A DNA stretch of 64,000 nucleotides from an uncultured Chloroflexia bacterium (GCA_963777865.1 CAVZSG010000014.1:36490-100489), one strand, 5' to 3'; counted from the stretch's first letter, positions 52,737-63,594 are shown. Made by a program: numbers and translations. The notes: generated from the sequence alone by a model not told the origin.

Positions 52737-52850
52737 TCAGATTCCTGCGATAAGGGCGATCACCAGTGCAACCAGTCCGACGCCCAGGATTAGTGCCAGA
52801 ATCGAGAACCATAGGTCGATTGCCCAGCCAATTGCTTTCAAGAACTGCAT
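52737..52850 (-). CDS. candidate 37-aa hydrophobic peptide
   Basis: GTGGAG lies 8 nt before the ATG. It reads MQFLKAIGWAIDLWFSILALILGVGLVALVIALIAGI-stop. It is below the ORF-track cutoff and I cannot test conservation. Confidence 0.35.
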   Translation of the reverse strand: MQFLKAIGWAIDLWFSILALILGVGLVALVIALIAGI

Positions 52851-53245
52851 GACTTAACTCCACTTATAGTTGTGACACGATGCCCGAGATTTCACGACCT
52901 CACCCCCGACCCCTCTCCACCAAAAACGGTGATTGCGGATGAGGATGCGGTTGGTGGAGAGGGGCGTTCGCGCTTTCTGATGTCGATTTTGGCGAGTAAC
53001 CAGAAGCTGTCCGCCAGAAACTACCTAGTCTGCCAACTGACAACCGTAAACTGACAACTTGTTAAGACTGCTCTCGGGGTCCCGGAATCGGAACGGAGCG
53101 ACCGTTCGTGTGGACAGGGAGGAGACTTAAGGCGGTTCATTGCCCCCGGATGGCCGGTCCTGACACAGGCAGTGGAATTAACGAGGAACAACCTCGGGAC
53201 GATCTACCGCTGCCCAGGCCCGCGCTCGTACCGAACGTGCCACTT
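52851..53245 (-). other. ~390-nt untranslated leader or candidate structured RNA downstream of a near-consensus promoter
   Basis: No credible ORF. Contains several local hairpins, a 2 x 10-bp direct repeat (AACTGACAAC at 53035 and 53049) and a 14-bp palindromic stem. Confidence 0.3.
52909..52964. repeat. REP-like palindromic element (14-bp perfect arms)
   Basis: CCCCTCTCCACCAA, a 28-nt spacer, then TTGGTGGAGAGGGG. Flanked by CACCCCCGA. No second copy in this window. Confidence 0.6.
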
Positions 53246-53251
53246 GACTGC

Positions 53252-53280
53252 ATATTAGGGCTTATGTTCTTATCTGTCAA
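53252..53280 (-). promoter_or_regulatory. near-consensus sigma-70 promoter TTGACA-17-TAATAT
   Basis: On the minus strand the -35 is at 53280-53275 and the -10 at 53257-53252, with a spacer of exactly 17 nt. Confidence 0.5.
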
Positions 53281-53339
53281 TTGGTGAGCGACTGGTTGCG
53301 ATTTACCGATTGCGGACACTCGTATGCAACCCGGACATG

Positions 53340-53361
53340 AAAAAGCCCGGCAGAGCCGGGC
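53340..53361 (-). terminator. intrinsic terminator after tRNA-Glu
   Basis: Minus strand GCCCGGC-UCU-GCCGGGC followed by UUUUU. Confidence 0.65.
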
Positions 53362-53370
53362 TTCTGTTAG

Positions 53371-53447
53371 TGGTACCCCCAACCGGATTCGAACCGGTGA
53401 TCTTCACCTTGAAAGGGTGACGTCCTGGGCCGCTAGACTATGGGGGC
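53371..53447 (-). tRNA. tRNA-Glu (anticodon UUC), CCA encoded
   Basis: Reverse complement is GCCCCCATAGTCTAGCGGCCCAGGACGTCACCCTTTCAAGGTGAAGATCACCGGTTCGAATCCGGTTGGGGGTACCA. Anticodon loop CTTTCAA. Confidence 0.9.
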
Positions 53448-53559
53448 TAGCCGGTGAAATTTACTGGTTCGTGCCCCTTCTGTCAACGAATTCAGGCACT
53501 GGTTCGCTGTGCTAAGGTCACGCATCGGTCCTCCTTCTCTCGTTTGATCAGGGTGATTC

Positions 53560-55050
53560 ATGCGCATTGCAATTGGCGAATTTGCTCACGAGACCAACAC
53601 ATTTTGTCCAGGATTCACCGAACTGGATGCGTTCAAATCGACGTTCTGGTGTGAGGGTGATGAGATTTTCACAGTCAACCGGGGCGTGCGGAACGATCTC
53701 GGCGGGATGATCGAGGCTGGCGAGCGGCTTGGCATCGAGCTGGCGCCGATGCCTCGCGACCACGACCCAGCCTTCGGCGACGGTTTCCCGGCACGCGTAC
53801 GAAACAATTCGCGACACCCTGTTCGCGTCATCTGGACTCGCTTGGTGCGGTCGATGCGATCTGCCTGGCGCTGCACGGAGCAGGTTCGGCCGACGGTATC
53901 GAGGACATGGAAGGCACGTTTCTGGCCGAGTTGCGCGGGAAGGTCGGTACGCGAGATTCCGATTTTTGTTTCGCTCGACCTGCACGGGAATACGACCGAC
54001 GCGATGCTGGAGCACACGACCGGCGCGTTCTACTGCCACGAGTACCCGCACATCGATACGTTCGATCGTGGGGCCGAGATCGTCGAGATGGCGTATCGGT
54101 TTCTGAAGGGCGAGGTCAAGCCGACCAACTACCTGCTGAAACTGCCACTGATCATTCCGCCTTCGACCACATTCAGCGGGCCGGCCAAGGCGATCAACGA
54201 GCGCTGTTTCGAGTGGGAAGCGAAACCGGGGGTGATCGATTGCTCGTTCACGCACGGCTTTCCGCACACCGATGTTTCGGTCGTTTGCACGTCGGTGCTG
54301 GTAACGACCGATAACGATCCGGAACTGGCGAGGACTGTGGCCGAGGACGTGGCGGCGCTGATCGTTGCGTCGCTCGACCAGTTCCATCAGCCGCTGCCGG
54401 GTGCTGACGAGGCGATCATCCAGGCGCTGGCCGCGACGGAGCTGCCGGTGGTTGTGGCGGAGGTCTCGGACAATCCGGGTGGTGGTGCGCCGGGAAACGG
54501 TACGCACCTCCTTCGGGCGCTGCTGGCCGCGAATGAGCCCCAGACATGCTTCGGTTTCATCTGGGACCCGCAGACGGCCCTACAAGCGCATGCAGCGGGT
54601 CCGGGCAGCACGATCGAGGTGACGCTGGGTGGATTCACTGATGAGTTGCACGGAGCGCCGATTGTGGCCAGTGCTTATGTGAAGTCGGTCACGGACGGAC
54701 GGTTCGTGCTGGTCAATCCGATGGGTGCCGGGAGCACGGTCGATCTCGGCAAGATGGCGCGACTGGTGATTGGCAATGTCGATGTGATTGTTGGATCGAA
54801 CCGGGCGCAGACGCTGGACGCGCAGTTGTTCCTGTTGCACGGGATCGATGTGCGGGAGATGCGGATTGTGGCGATCAAATCGCAGCAGCATTTCCGGGGC
54901 GGGTTCAAGGATATTGCCGGGACGATCATCCGCTGCGACACGCCGGGACTGACGACCAGCGAGCTGGCCCACCTGCCCTTCCAGCACATCAAACGCCCGA
55001 TCTGGCCGCTGGATCCCTTGCCAGCGATTTCCTGGGCCACTTCCAGTTAA
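53560..55050 (+). CDS. M81 family metallopeptidase (MlrC-like), ORF open but with three internal compensating frameshifts
   Basis: MRIAIGEFAHETNTF start. Between ~53750 and ~53950 the family-like sequence (TQPSATVSRHAYETIRDTLFA, then LDSLGAVDAICLALHGAGSADGIEDMEGTFLAELRGKVG) lies in the other two frames, and frame 1 resumes at EIPIFVSLDLHGN. Confidence 0.8.
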   Translation: MRIAIGEFAHETNTFCPGFTELDAFKSTFWCEGDEIFTVNRGVRNDLGGMIEAGERLGIELAPMPRDHDPAFGDGFPARVRNNSRHPVRVIWTRLVRSMRSAWRCTEQVRPTVSRTWKARFWPSCAGRSVREIPIFVSLDLHGNTTDAMLEHTTGAFYCHEYPHIDTFDRGAEIVEMAYRFLKGEVKPTNYLLKLPLIIPPSTTFSGPAKAINERCFEWEAKPGVIDCSFTHGFPHTDVSVVCTSVLVTTDNDPELARTVAEDVAALIVASLDQFHQPLPGADEAIIQALAATELPVVVAEVSDNPGGGAPGNGTHLLRALLAANEPQTCFGFIWDPQTALQAHAAGPGSTIEVTLGGFTDELHGAPIVASAYVKSVTDGRFVLVNPMGAGSTVDLGKMARLVIGNVDVIVGSNRAQTLDAQLFLLHGIDVREMRIVAIKSQQHFRGGFKDIAGTIIRCDTPGLTTSELAHLPFQHIKRPIWPLDPLPAISWATSS

Positions 55051-56527
55051 ATCAAAACTGTCACTGCCAGCATTCCGACCAGCAGGCCCAAGCCGAGACC
55101 CAGGGTTAACGGCGCCATGTAGCTGCGACTGGAATTGAGCGCTGCCCACGAGGTTCTGGCGAACCGGCGGAACTCCTTGCTGACGATTGCCAGTGTTGCG
55201 AAAGCAATCATGATGACGAGCCACTCCGGTGCCTGGAAACCGATTTCAACAGGAAGCGGGGATTTCCAGGCAGCCAGCGATTCGATGATCCAGAGACTGA
55301 CCCGATTGGCCTGACCGGCAATGATTGCCAGCGCCTCTCCCACAGGCGGCACGACCGGGGAAACAATGATGGCGATCAGACCAAGCACGAAGGCGAGCGT
55401 GATAAATGGGGCGATCGCCGTGTTGGCGACGACTGCGATCACCAGATTCGGGCGGTTGTCCGGCGGCAGAAGGGGCAAGAGTGCGATCTGAACTGCGGCG
55501 GTTGTCATCACCGCCAGCCAAAGTGCGGACCAGAACGTATTGAATTTGCGACCGGCGGCTGTCACTACCACCACAACGATCGCCACGGTTGTCAGGCGAA
55601 ATGAGAGTCCAGAGATTGATTGCGGCAGGATCGCGACCTGAAGTGCGGCAATGGTGATTGATAGCGTCAGGTAGTCGGTCGGCCTGCCAAGGAGTCGGGC
55701 GCCTGGCGCCTGCGGTGGCGATCATTCCGGCGCGAAGCGTTGGTGGTGATGCGCCGGCGATGACCACGTAGACCCAGACGAGCACCAGTGCGAAGACCTC
55801 GTTCATCCATTTGCGGGGAATCCATCCAAAAGCGAGGACCAGGATGGCCGCCAGCAGGGTCAGGTTCGAGCCGCTGACTGCGACGACGTGCAGCGTTCCG
55901 GTACGAAGAAACGCATCAGCAGCATCGTCTGAGAGTAGCGACTCGTCCCCGATCACCAGTCCGGCGAGCAGTGCTCCGGAATCGCCGGGAACCCATCGCA
56001 CAAAGGTCCGCGTGATTGACTGGCGCAGGTCATCGACCGTTCGCATGATCCCGGAACCTCGAGACTCGATTGTTATTCGATTGACATCACCACTCCACGA
56101 GCATCCCTGAGACGTCAGCCATCCCACAGTGCCTGGTCCCGGTTGATCGTTTGAATCTGACTCAAATGACAACTCGAGTTGATCGTCACGGCCGATGTTT
56201 GCTCGATCGAAGGTGCTGACGCAGAGGATCTCGCCTGTTTCGGTACGGATGCGGAACCGCTGGCGATTGCCATCGTCGATCACCGTGCCGTCGACTTGGA
56301 CAACACCGCGTTCGAACGATGGCGTGTCGGGATTCAGCACCGTATCGGGCGAGTCTGGAGCGCGGATGACACCGAGGGTCGCGACAACAAAGGCGACGGC
56401 TAGCAGCGGCCAGGAGAATTGATTTGAGAACCAGAGGACAAGTGCAACGACGGACCAGCGCCGGTAGGGCAGCCCAGCCGAAGAGCATTCCGACCAGAAA
56501 TGATGCTCCGAAGAGTGCACCAATCAT
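55047..56527 (-). CDS. comEC: ComEC/Rec2 family competence protein without a metallo-beta-lactamase domain (at least two frameshifts)
   Basis: N-terminal TM plus OB-like region (VQVDGTVIDDGNRQRFRIRTETGEILCV), then the competence domain (GDSGALLAGLVIGDESLL...FLRTGTLHVVAVSGSNLTLL) and C-terminal TM helices. The ATG overlaps the comEA stop. Confidence 0.8.
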
Positions 56528-57114
56528 GGCCCGATGGTGATCAGGCTCAGAATTTCGTCCAGGAGATTCTCGGAGATCCCTTCGACTTCAAGCAGGTCTT
56601 CCGGCTGGGAGAACGGTCCATTGTTGGTCCGATAGGTCACGATCCGCTCGGCAATGACCGGTCCGATGCCGGAAGCGCTTCGAGTTCAGGTTGGCTTGCA
56701 GTGTTCACATCGATCCGGTAGCTGATTCCTTGAACCTGGCTGGACTGGGTAGCTTGGGCCTCCGCAACAATCGGAGTTGCCGGGCCTTCCACCGGGATCG
56801 TGATCAGCTCCCCGTCGTCAAGGCGGCGGGCGAGATTGACCGCACTCAGGTCGGCGTCCGTCAGACGCGCCACCGGCGGCTTCAACAGCATCACCAAGGC
56901 GCGCGTCTGACGGTAAGCGGTAGAGTCCGGGCGACTTCACGGCTCCCCTCACCTCGATAGCGATCTGGATGGTGCTTACGTCGTACGTTATGACAAGATC
57001 GCTCTTGGTCGTGCTGCGTACGATGAGCACCGTCGCGATGATCGCCGCTGCGCCAATGATCATTCCGATCAGCGCCAGCAATTGCGGCTGGGTTTTCAAC
57101 CGTTCAGGAACCAC
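56524..57114 (-). CDS. comEA: ComEA family DNA-binding protein (SLBB plus helix-hairpin-helix), frame-disrupted
   Basis: TM anchor, SLBB-like VRGAVKSPGLYRLPSDARLGDAVEAAGG, then IDVNTASQPELEALP continuing as GIGPVIAERIVTYRTNNGPF...-stop in another frame. Confidence 0.8.
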
Positions 57115-57220
57115 GTGTTACTAATCCTTGTGTGGGAAATGATGCCGAATCCGGCCACTTGCTGCAACCACGTGCTAGACTCGCCCGCCGCGAGTATTCG
57201 CGGTTCAGGGGGCTTTTCGG

Positions 57221-60200
57221 TTGAGCTTGATCCACCTGCGGCGATCCATCGACAAGGTGGTGAATCGCAACAAGGGCGCATTACTCACTGAGCCGATCCT
57301 GCCGGCAGCCAAACCAGGGGTTGTTGCCAGCATTTCGGCAGGCCTGACCGTGCCCGTTTTGGTGGTGACCGCGCGGACGGACCAGGCTGAGCAGCTGGTG
57401 GCGCGGATCGGGGCGTACCTGCCTGCGGACCGGCAACCGAAGCTCTGGGACACGCCCCAATCGATTCCCTACGAACAATTGCCATTTGAACATCAGGCGG
57501 CGGCGGAGCGGGTCCGGATTCTGACCGCGCTGCTGGATGGTGAGACGCCGATCATTGTGGCGGCGGCCCGGAACCTGATGCATCTGACGCTCGCTCCGGA
57601 CGATTTGCGGGCGATGCGGCGGACGCTGAAGGCGGGCGAACGGATCAATGCCGACGAGGTGATGCTCTGGGCGACGGAGATGGGGTATCAGCGGGTGCCG
57701 CTGGTGTACGAGCCGGGGACGATTGCCCAGCGCGGTGGCGTGATCGATCTCTTCCCGCCGGATGCCGAATTCCCGATCCGGCTGGACCTGTTTGGCGACG
57801 AGATTGAGTCGATCCGGCAATTCGATGCGCACTCGCAACGATCCCGAGTCGTGATGGCCGAGGTGCATTTGCTGCCGCCGGTCGATATCCCGATTCACCG
57901 GACGGCGACGGCGGTTGCGGCGTTGCGGGCAATTGACGACCGATCGCTGCGGAACGAGGTTCGGGCAGAGTGGCGAGCGCTGCTGGACCGGATCGAGGCG
58001 CACCAGCTTCCGGCCGGAATTGACCTGGTCAGCCCGGCATATCGGGACGGGACAAGCACGCTGCTGGACTCGCTGCCGGCCGGGACGCAGGTGATCTTTG
58101 ACGATCAACAGGCGGTCTTTGCGGTTGCCAACGAGATTGCCGCCCACGCCGAGGAGCTCAAGCAGGGGTTTGTCACCAATGGCGAGTTGCCAGCGGGGAT
58201 GCCTGTTCCGTATCTGAGTCCCGAGCTGCTAAAGCGCGGCCTGGCGATCATTTGCCAGTCGAGATTTGCAGAGTGTTCCGGACGACGAGGTCGAGCTGGA
58301 GCGGGTGTTCCGGGTTGCGCCGCTGTTTGCCGGTCGACTGCAGCGACTGGTGCAGGACGTGCGGTTGCTGCTGGACGAAGGTTGGTCGGTCCAGATTGCG
58401 ACTGATCAGATGCGGCGTTTGACCGAGATATTCGAGGAAGCCGAGATTTTCCCGCGCAAGGTCCGAAGCAATCTCGACGAGGCGGCGTTACCGGCCGGGA
58501 CGCTTGATATCCGGGTGGCCGATGCGTCGCCGGGGTGGTCGCTGCCGGGGCAGAAGTTGTTGCTGCTGACCGACTTCGAGATTTTCGGGTTCAGCAAGCA
58601 GATCCGGCGGCAGAAGGGTCGGTCGGTTGCCGAGAATGTCGCGTTTGCCGAGAGTCTGACTCCTGGCGAATACGTCGTGCACATCGATCAGGGGGTGGCG
58701 CGGTTTGTCGGTTTGACCCGGCGCGAGATCGGCGGGGTCGAGCGGGAGTACCTCGAGCTTGAGTACGCGCGGGGCGACAAGCTGTCTGTGCCGGTCGATC
58801 AGAGTCACCGGGTCAGTCGGTATTCGAGTGGCGGGCTTGAACCGCGGCTGACCTCGCTCGGATCAGGTGAATGGCAGCGGGCGAAGATTCGAGTGCGGAA
58901 AGCCGTCCGCGAGATGGCGTTCGAGCTGATCCAGTTGTATGCGGCACGAGAGACCGGCAAGGGGATCCAGTACCCGCCCGGGTTCGACCTGGGACGACGA
59001 ACTGGCCGAGTCGTTCCCGTACACCGAAACGGTAGATCAGCAGACGGCGATCGATGATGTGACGGCGGATCTGGAGTCGACCAAGCCGATGGATCGGCTG
59101 GTTTGCGGAGACGTCGGGTTTGGCAAGACCGAAGTGGCGTTGCGAGCGGCATTCAAGGTGGTCAATGCGGGCAAACAGGTAGCTGTACTCGTTCCGACGA
59201 CTGTTTTGGCTCTCCAACACAACACGACGTTCACGCAGCGGTTGGCGGCATTTCCCGGCGCGGGTCGAGATGCTGTCGCGGCTCAAGTCAAAGCAGGCGC
59301 AGAGTGCGATTGTGAAGGGCCTGGCCGAAGGCTCGGTCGATATCGTGATCGGCACGCATCGGCTGGTCCAGAACGACATCAAGTTCAACGATCTCGGGCT
59401 GGTGATCATCGACGAAGAGCAGCGGTTCGGCGTCCGGCACAAGGAGTTCCTGAAGCGGCTGCGTACCGAGGTCGATGTTCTGACGATGAGTGCGACGCCG
59501 ATTCCGCGGACCCTGCACATGTCGCTGGCGGGGATTCGGGACATCAGCATCATCAACACCGCGCCGCAGGAACGGTTGCCGATCCGGACGTTTGTGACTG
59601 AGTACACCGACGCGCTGGTCCGGGAGGTGATCCTGCGCGAACTGGATCGCGGAGGGCAGATTTACTTTGTCCACAACCGGGTGCAATCGATCGATCGATT
59701 GGCGACGAAACTGCGGGAACTGGTGCCAGAGGCGCGATTCGGGATCGGGCACGGTCAGATGGACGAAGAGGTGCTGGAGGACGTGATCGTCGGGTTCGTG
59801 AAGCACGAATTCGATGTGCTGCTCTGCACCACGATCATTGAATCCGGAATCGACATCCCGAATGTGAACACCATCGTGATCGATGACGCCGACCGCTTCG
59901 GGCTGACTCAGCTGTATCAGCTGCGCGGTCGGGTGGGTCGCGGAACGCATCGGGCCTATGCGTATCTACTCCACAAGCCAGACAAAGCGATGAGCGAGAT
60001 CGCCCAGGCGCGACTGGATGCGATTCAGGACGCGACTGAACTCGGGGCGGGGCTTCAGGTCGCGCTTCGGGACATGGAAATCCGGGGTGCCGGCAACGTT
60101 TTGGGGGCGGAGCAGAGCGGAAATATTGCCGATGTCGGATATGACCTGTACATCCGCTTGCTCAGTCAGGCGGTCGAGGAAATTCGGCAGGGTCATCCGT

Positions 60201-60646
60201 TTACTGATCCGACACCACTGACGCTCGATTTGCCGTTGACTGCGCTGATTCCGGCGAGTTACGTCGCGGATGTTGAGTTGCGGCTGAATACGTACCGGCG
60301 AGTGGCTGCGGCGCAGACATTGCTCGATGTCGGAGCAATCGAGAGCGAGCTGATCGATCGCTTTGGTCCGGTTCCGGACGAAGTGGCGCACTTGCTGGCG
60401 CTGATTCGGGTGCGGATCCGGTGCGAGGCGCTGGGCATGCAATCAGTCGTCGAACGGGAGCGCGAGATTGTGCTGCGACCAGTTGATACCGCGGCACTGG
60501 CGAAGACCGGCGTGCAGCGATTCCTGGGCTCGGCGATCCGGTTCACGCCGAATTCGGTGCGGATCCGGATGGTCGAGCTGGATGTCGATTGGGAGACCGC
60601 ACTTGACGCTGTGATCGGCGCGATCGAGAAGACTCAGCGTTCCTGA
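57221..60646 (+). CDS. mfd: transcription-repair coupling factor (at least three frameshifts)
   Basis: Four overlapping ORFs in successive frames (57221, 58266, 58939, 59270) carry, in order, the UvrB-homology region, the CarD-like domain ([16 protein letters not shown]), helicase motifs ([31 protein letters not shown]) and the TRG/C-terminal domain. Confidence 0.9.
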
Positions 60647-62993
60647 AGGAAGGCGACCGTGGCTCCGTCTCCGCCTTCGGTCGGTCCGGCCAATTCAAAG
60701 CGGGCGACTTCCGGTGATTTCTTGAGCAGGTCCTGGACGATCTGGCGGAGGACGCCGGTGCCCTTGCCGTGGATGATCCGGACGAAGGGTGCGCCGGAGC
60801 GATAGGCCGATTCCAGGTACGGTTCGAGCTCTTCCTGAATTTCGTGCGCCCGCATGCCGCGGAAGTCGATCTCGATCGGGACGGTCGGGACCGGTGCGAT
60901 TTTTGTGCCGCGGCGTTCGGGTACCAGTGCCTGAGATCGACCAAGGCGGCGCAATCCATCGAGTGGCTGGCGGATCTTGATGGTGCCCATCTGGATGTCG
61001 GCGGAGCCACCTTCGACCGAGAGCACGTCGCCCTCTTCGTCGAAGGCGGTGACCCGGACGCGGTCGCCTGGCTTGATCTCGGCAGATTCGACCAGGCGGA
61101 CCGGGGCGAGGTGTTCGCGTTTGAACTCGCGGACGGTTTGCTGGGCGGTTTCGATCGAGCGGCGGCGGGCGTCTATTTCCTCGCGGGCACTGACTGAGAC
61201 GGACTGATCCCGGTCGAGGCGACGGGAGAGGTCGCGGATTTCGGCGAGTTCGGCTTCGGCGGCCTCGATTGCTTCCTGGCGGGCGTTGCGTTTGGCGGTC
61301 TCGGCATCACGCAGGGCTTCGTTTGCGAGACGGCGAAGTTGCTTGGCCTCGCGCTCGATGTCACGGGCCTTGGCGAGGGTGCGCTCGGAGTCGGTGCGGC
61401 GGGCACGAATCTCGGACAGGTAGTGCTCGGTGCGAATTGAGTCGGGATCGAGCAGGGATTTGGCGGCGGTGACGATTGGCTCGGGCAGTCCCAGTCGGCG
61501 GGCGATGGCGAGTGCATTCGACTGGCCGGGCATGCCGACGGTCAATCGGTATGTGGGCGAGAGCGTTTTCAGGTCGAACTCGACGCTGGCGTTTTCGACA
61601 CCGTCGGTCGACGAGGCGTAGGCCTTGACTTCGGTGTAATGGGTTGTGGCGACGACGAAGGCTCGTGACTTCAGCAGTTCGTCCAGCAGTGCGCGGGCGA
61701 GGGCGGAACCTTCCTGGGGATCAGTGCCGGCGCCCATTTCGTCGAGCAGGACCAGGTCGTGCTTGCCGACGACTTTCAGGATCTGGATGATGTTGGTCAT
61801 GTGCGACGAGAAGGTCGAAAGGCTCTGCTGGATCGATTGTTCGTCGCCGATATCGACGAAGATCGCGTCAAAGACCGGGAGCTGACTCTCGTCCTGGGCG
61901 GGAATGTAGAGGCCGGTTTGGGCCATGAGGGCGAGCAGGCCGACGGTTTTGATGGCGACCGTTTTGCCGCCAGTATTCGGTCCGGTGATGACCAGCAGGC
62001 GGAAATCTCCACCGACTTCGAGATCGATCGGGACGACGGATTTCGGGTCCAGAAGCGGGTGCCGGGCTTGCTTGAGGATGATCTTGCGGTCGCGACCGAG
62101 GGCGATAGCGGGTCGGACTGCTTTCATGTCTATGGCGAGTTTGGCCTTGGCGAGCGCAACATCGAATGCGGCGAGCGCCTCTATCGACGTGCGCAGCAGT
62201 GTTGCGTTGTCGGCAATTTCGCCGGTGATGACATCGAGGATCCGCTCGATCTCGCGCGCTTCCTTGACCTGGCTCTCTCGCCACGTGTTGTTGAGGTCAA
62301 CAACTTCCAGGGGTTCGACAAAAAGGGTCTGACCGCTGGCTGAGACGTCGTGAACGATGCCAGGCACCTGTGAGCGGGCTTCGGACTGATCGGTATGACA
62401 TAGCGGCCGTCGCGAAGCGTGACGATCGTGTCCTGGGCGGCGGCGGCGTACTTCCCGCTGACCATCGAGGTGAGGCGTTCTGTCAGGCGGGATTGGGCGA
62501 CACGGCCTTCGCGACGGAACTTGCCGAGATCTGCGCTGGCCGAATCGAGGACATCTCCGCGCGCGGAAATTGTGCGGTTGAGGGTAGTTTCGAGGGCGGT
62601 CAGATTGGCGAGACCTTCGGCGAACTCGAACAGTCTCGGGAATCGTGCCTCGCCGTCCTGAAGGCGGAGCAGTGTCTTGCGGAAGGTGTGAATGGCGTGG
62701 AGCGTGTCCGAGATCACAAGCAGCTCTGGTGGTTGGAGGCGGGATTGTTTGGTGGCCCGGTCGAGGAACGGGCGGATATCGCGAGCACCGCCGACGGTGA
62801 GGTCGGGATGGTCACTGAGCAGGGTCAGGGCTTCCTGGGTGACGTCGAGCAGGTACTTGACCTGGCCCGGTTCTGCGGAAGGGCCAAGTTCGCGGGCGCG
62901 TTCGGCTCCCAGCGAGAACTGGCACAGAGAAGCCAGCCGATCGAGGATGGCTGGCAATTCAAGTTTTGCAATGGTGCGATCGTGACTGGACAA
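60634..62993 (-). CDS. mutS2: endonuclease MutS2 (one frameshift near 62370)
   Basis: N-terminal ORF 62181..62993, then the ATPase (ITGPNTGGKT, LLDEMGAGTDP) and the C-terminal Smr domain (IDFRGMRAHE...RIIHGKGTGVLR). Confidence 0.9.
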
Positions 62994-63018
62994 GACGCGT
63001 CTCCGGGACGCGAAGCAC

Positions 63019-63594
63019 TTAACTCAGGATTGCGGGGAGGCCGTTCGGGAACCAGGGCTGAACGAAGCGGGTGACAATTGGAGTCACATCGAGGAAGACG
63101 GGCGTAAGCGCCGAACTCGAGATTTGTCCCTCTATCGCTGCCAAGGCACCAGAGCCACCGCTTCCGGCTGTCTGATTAAGTACCTGCAGAAGAATCGACA
63201 TGACGACGGTTGCGAGAACGACTGCCAAAGCTGAGACAGTCAATCCCAACGCAACACCGGTCAGATTATCAGCGAAGCGCAGGCGGCGTGTCGATTTAAC
63301 ACCGCTGAGGCCGCGCATCATGCCGTAGCCAATTGCTAGCGAGGTCACGAGGAAGAGCGTGAAGAAGATAAAGAGCTGCCCTGTGGCAAGCGTGACATTA
63401 TCAACGTTGTCACGGAACATGTCAGTAACGTCTGAATAGAACATCGCCGCTACAACGGTTGCGATATAGATTGCCAGCATGGCTGCGAGAACCCTGGTGA
63501 TTCCCCCAAAGAAGCCAAAGAAAATGATCGCGAGAAATGCGAAGATAATCGCAAAGTCGAGACCGTTCACGGACAACCTTCCGTCGTGTGCCAA
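63019..63594 (-). CDS. cvpA: CvpA family membrane protein
   Basis: NGLDFAIIFAFLAIIFFGFFGGITRVL start and four TM segments. Lies immediately upstream of mutS2, as in many monoderm genomes. Confidence 0.85.
   Translation of the reverse strand: MAHDGRLSVNGLDFAIIFAFLAIIFFGFFGGITRVLAAMLAIYIATVVAAMFYSDVTDMFRDNVDNVTLATGQLFIFFTLFLVTSLAIGYGMMRGLSGVKSTRRLRFADNLTGVALGLTVSALAVVLATVVMSILLQVLNQTAGSGGSGALAAIEGQISSSALTPVFLDVTPIVTRFVQPWFPNGLPAILS

Noticed and set aside
53100-53230. Partial resemblance of the leader to known RNA motifs: GUCAGGACCGGCC to the B12 box, GCCUGGGCA to the ZTP 3' element, and UCAGGACCGG to SRP domain IV
   Set aside because: Each is an isolated short match. The accompanying conserved cores are absent (the GGGAA/GCCACUG elements of cobalamin riboswitches, the 5' ACCGGGGAGC sub-domain of ZTP, the GGAAGCAGC of SRP RNA). 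No call is made without a covariance-model search.
52872-53382. ORFs 52872..53054 (+, 60 aa) and 53137..53382 (-, 81 aa) in the large intergenic region
   Set aside because: They have no ribosome-binding site and non-coding-like composition. The first runs through a perfect palindrome, and the second starts inside tRNA-Glu (53371-53382) and runs through its terminator.
60634-60646. 13-nt convergent overlap of the mfd and mutS2 3' ends, and about 40 nt for VanW and DUF167 at 48862-48903
   Set aside because: Short convergent overlaps are common in compact genomes. Given the indel noise, the exact stop positions are uncertain, so I do not treat this as a regulatory antisense arrangement.
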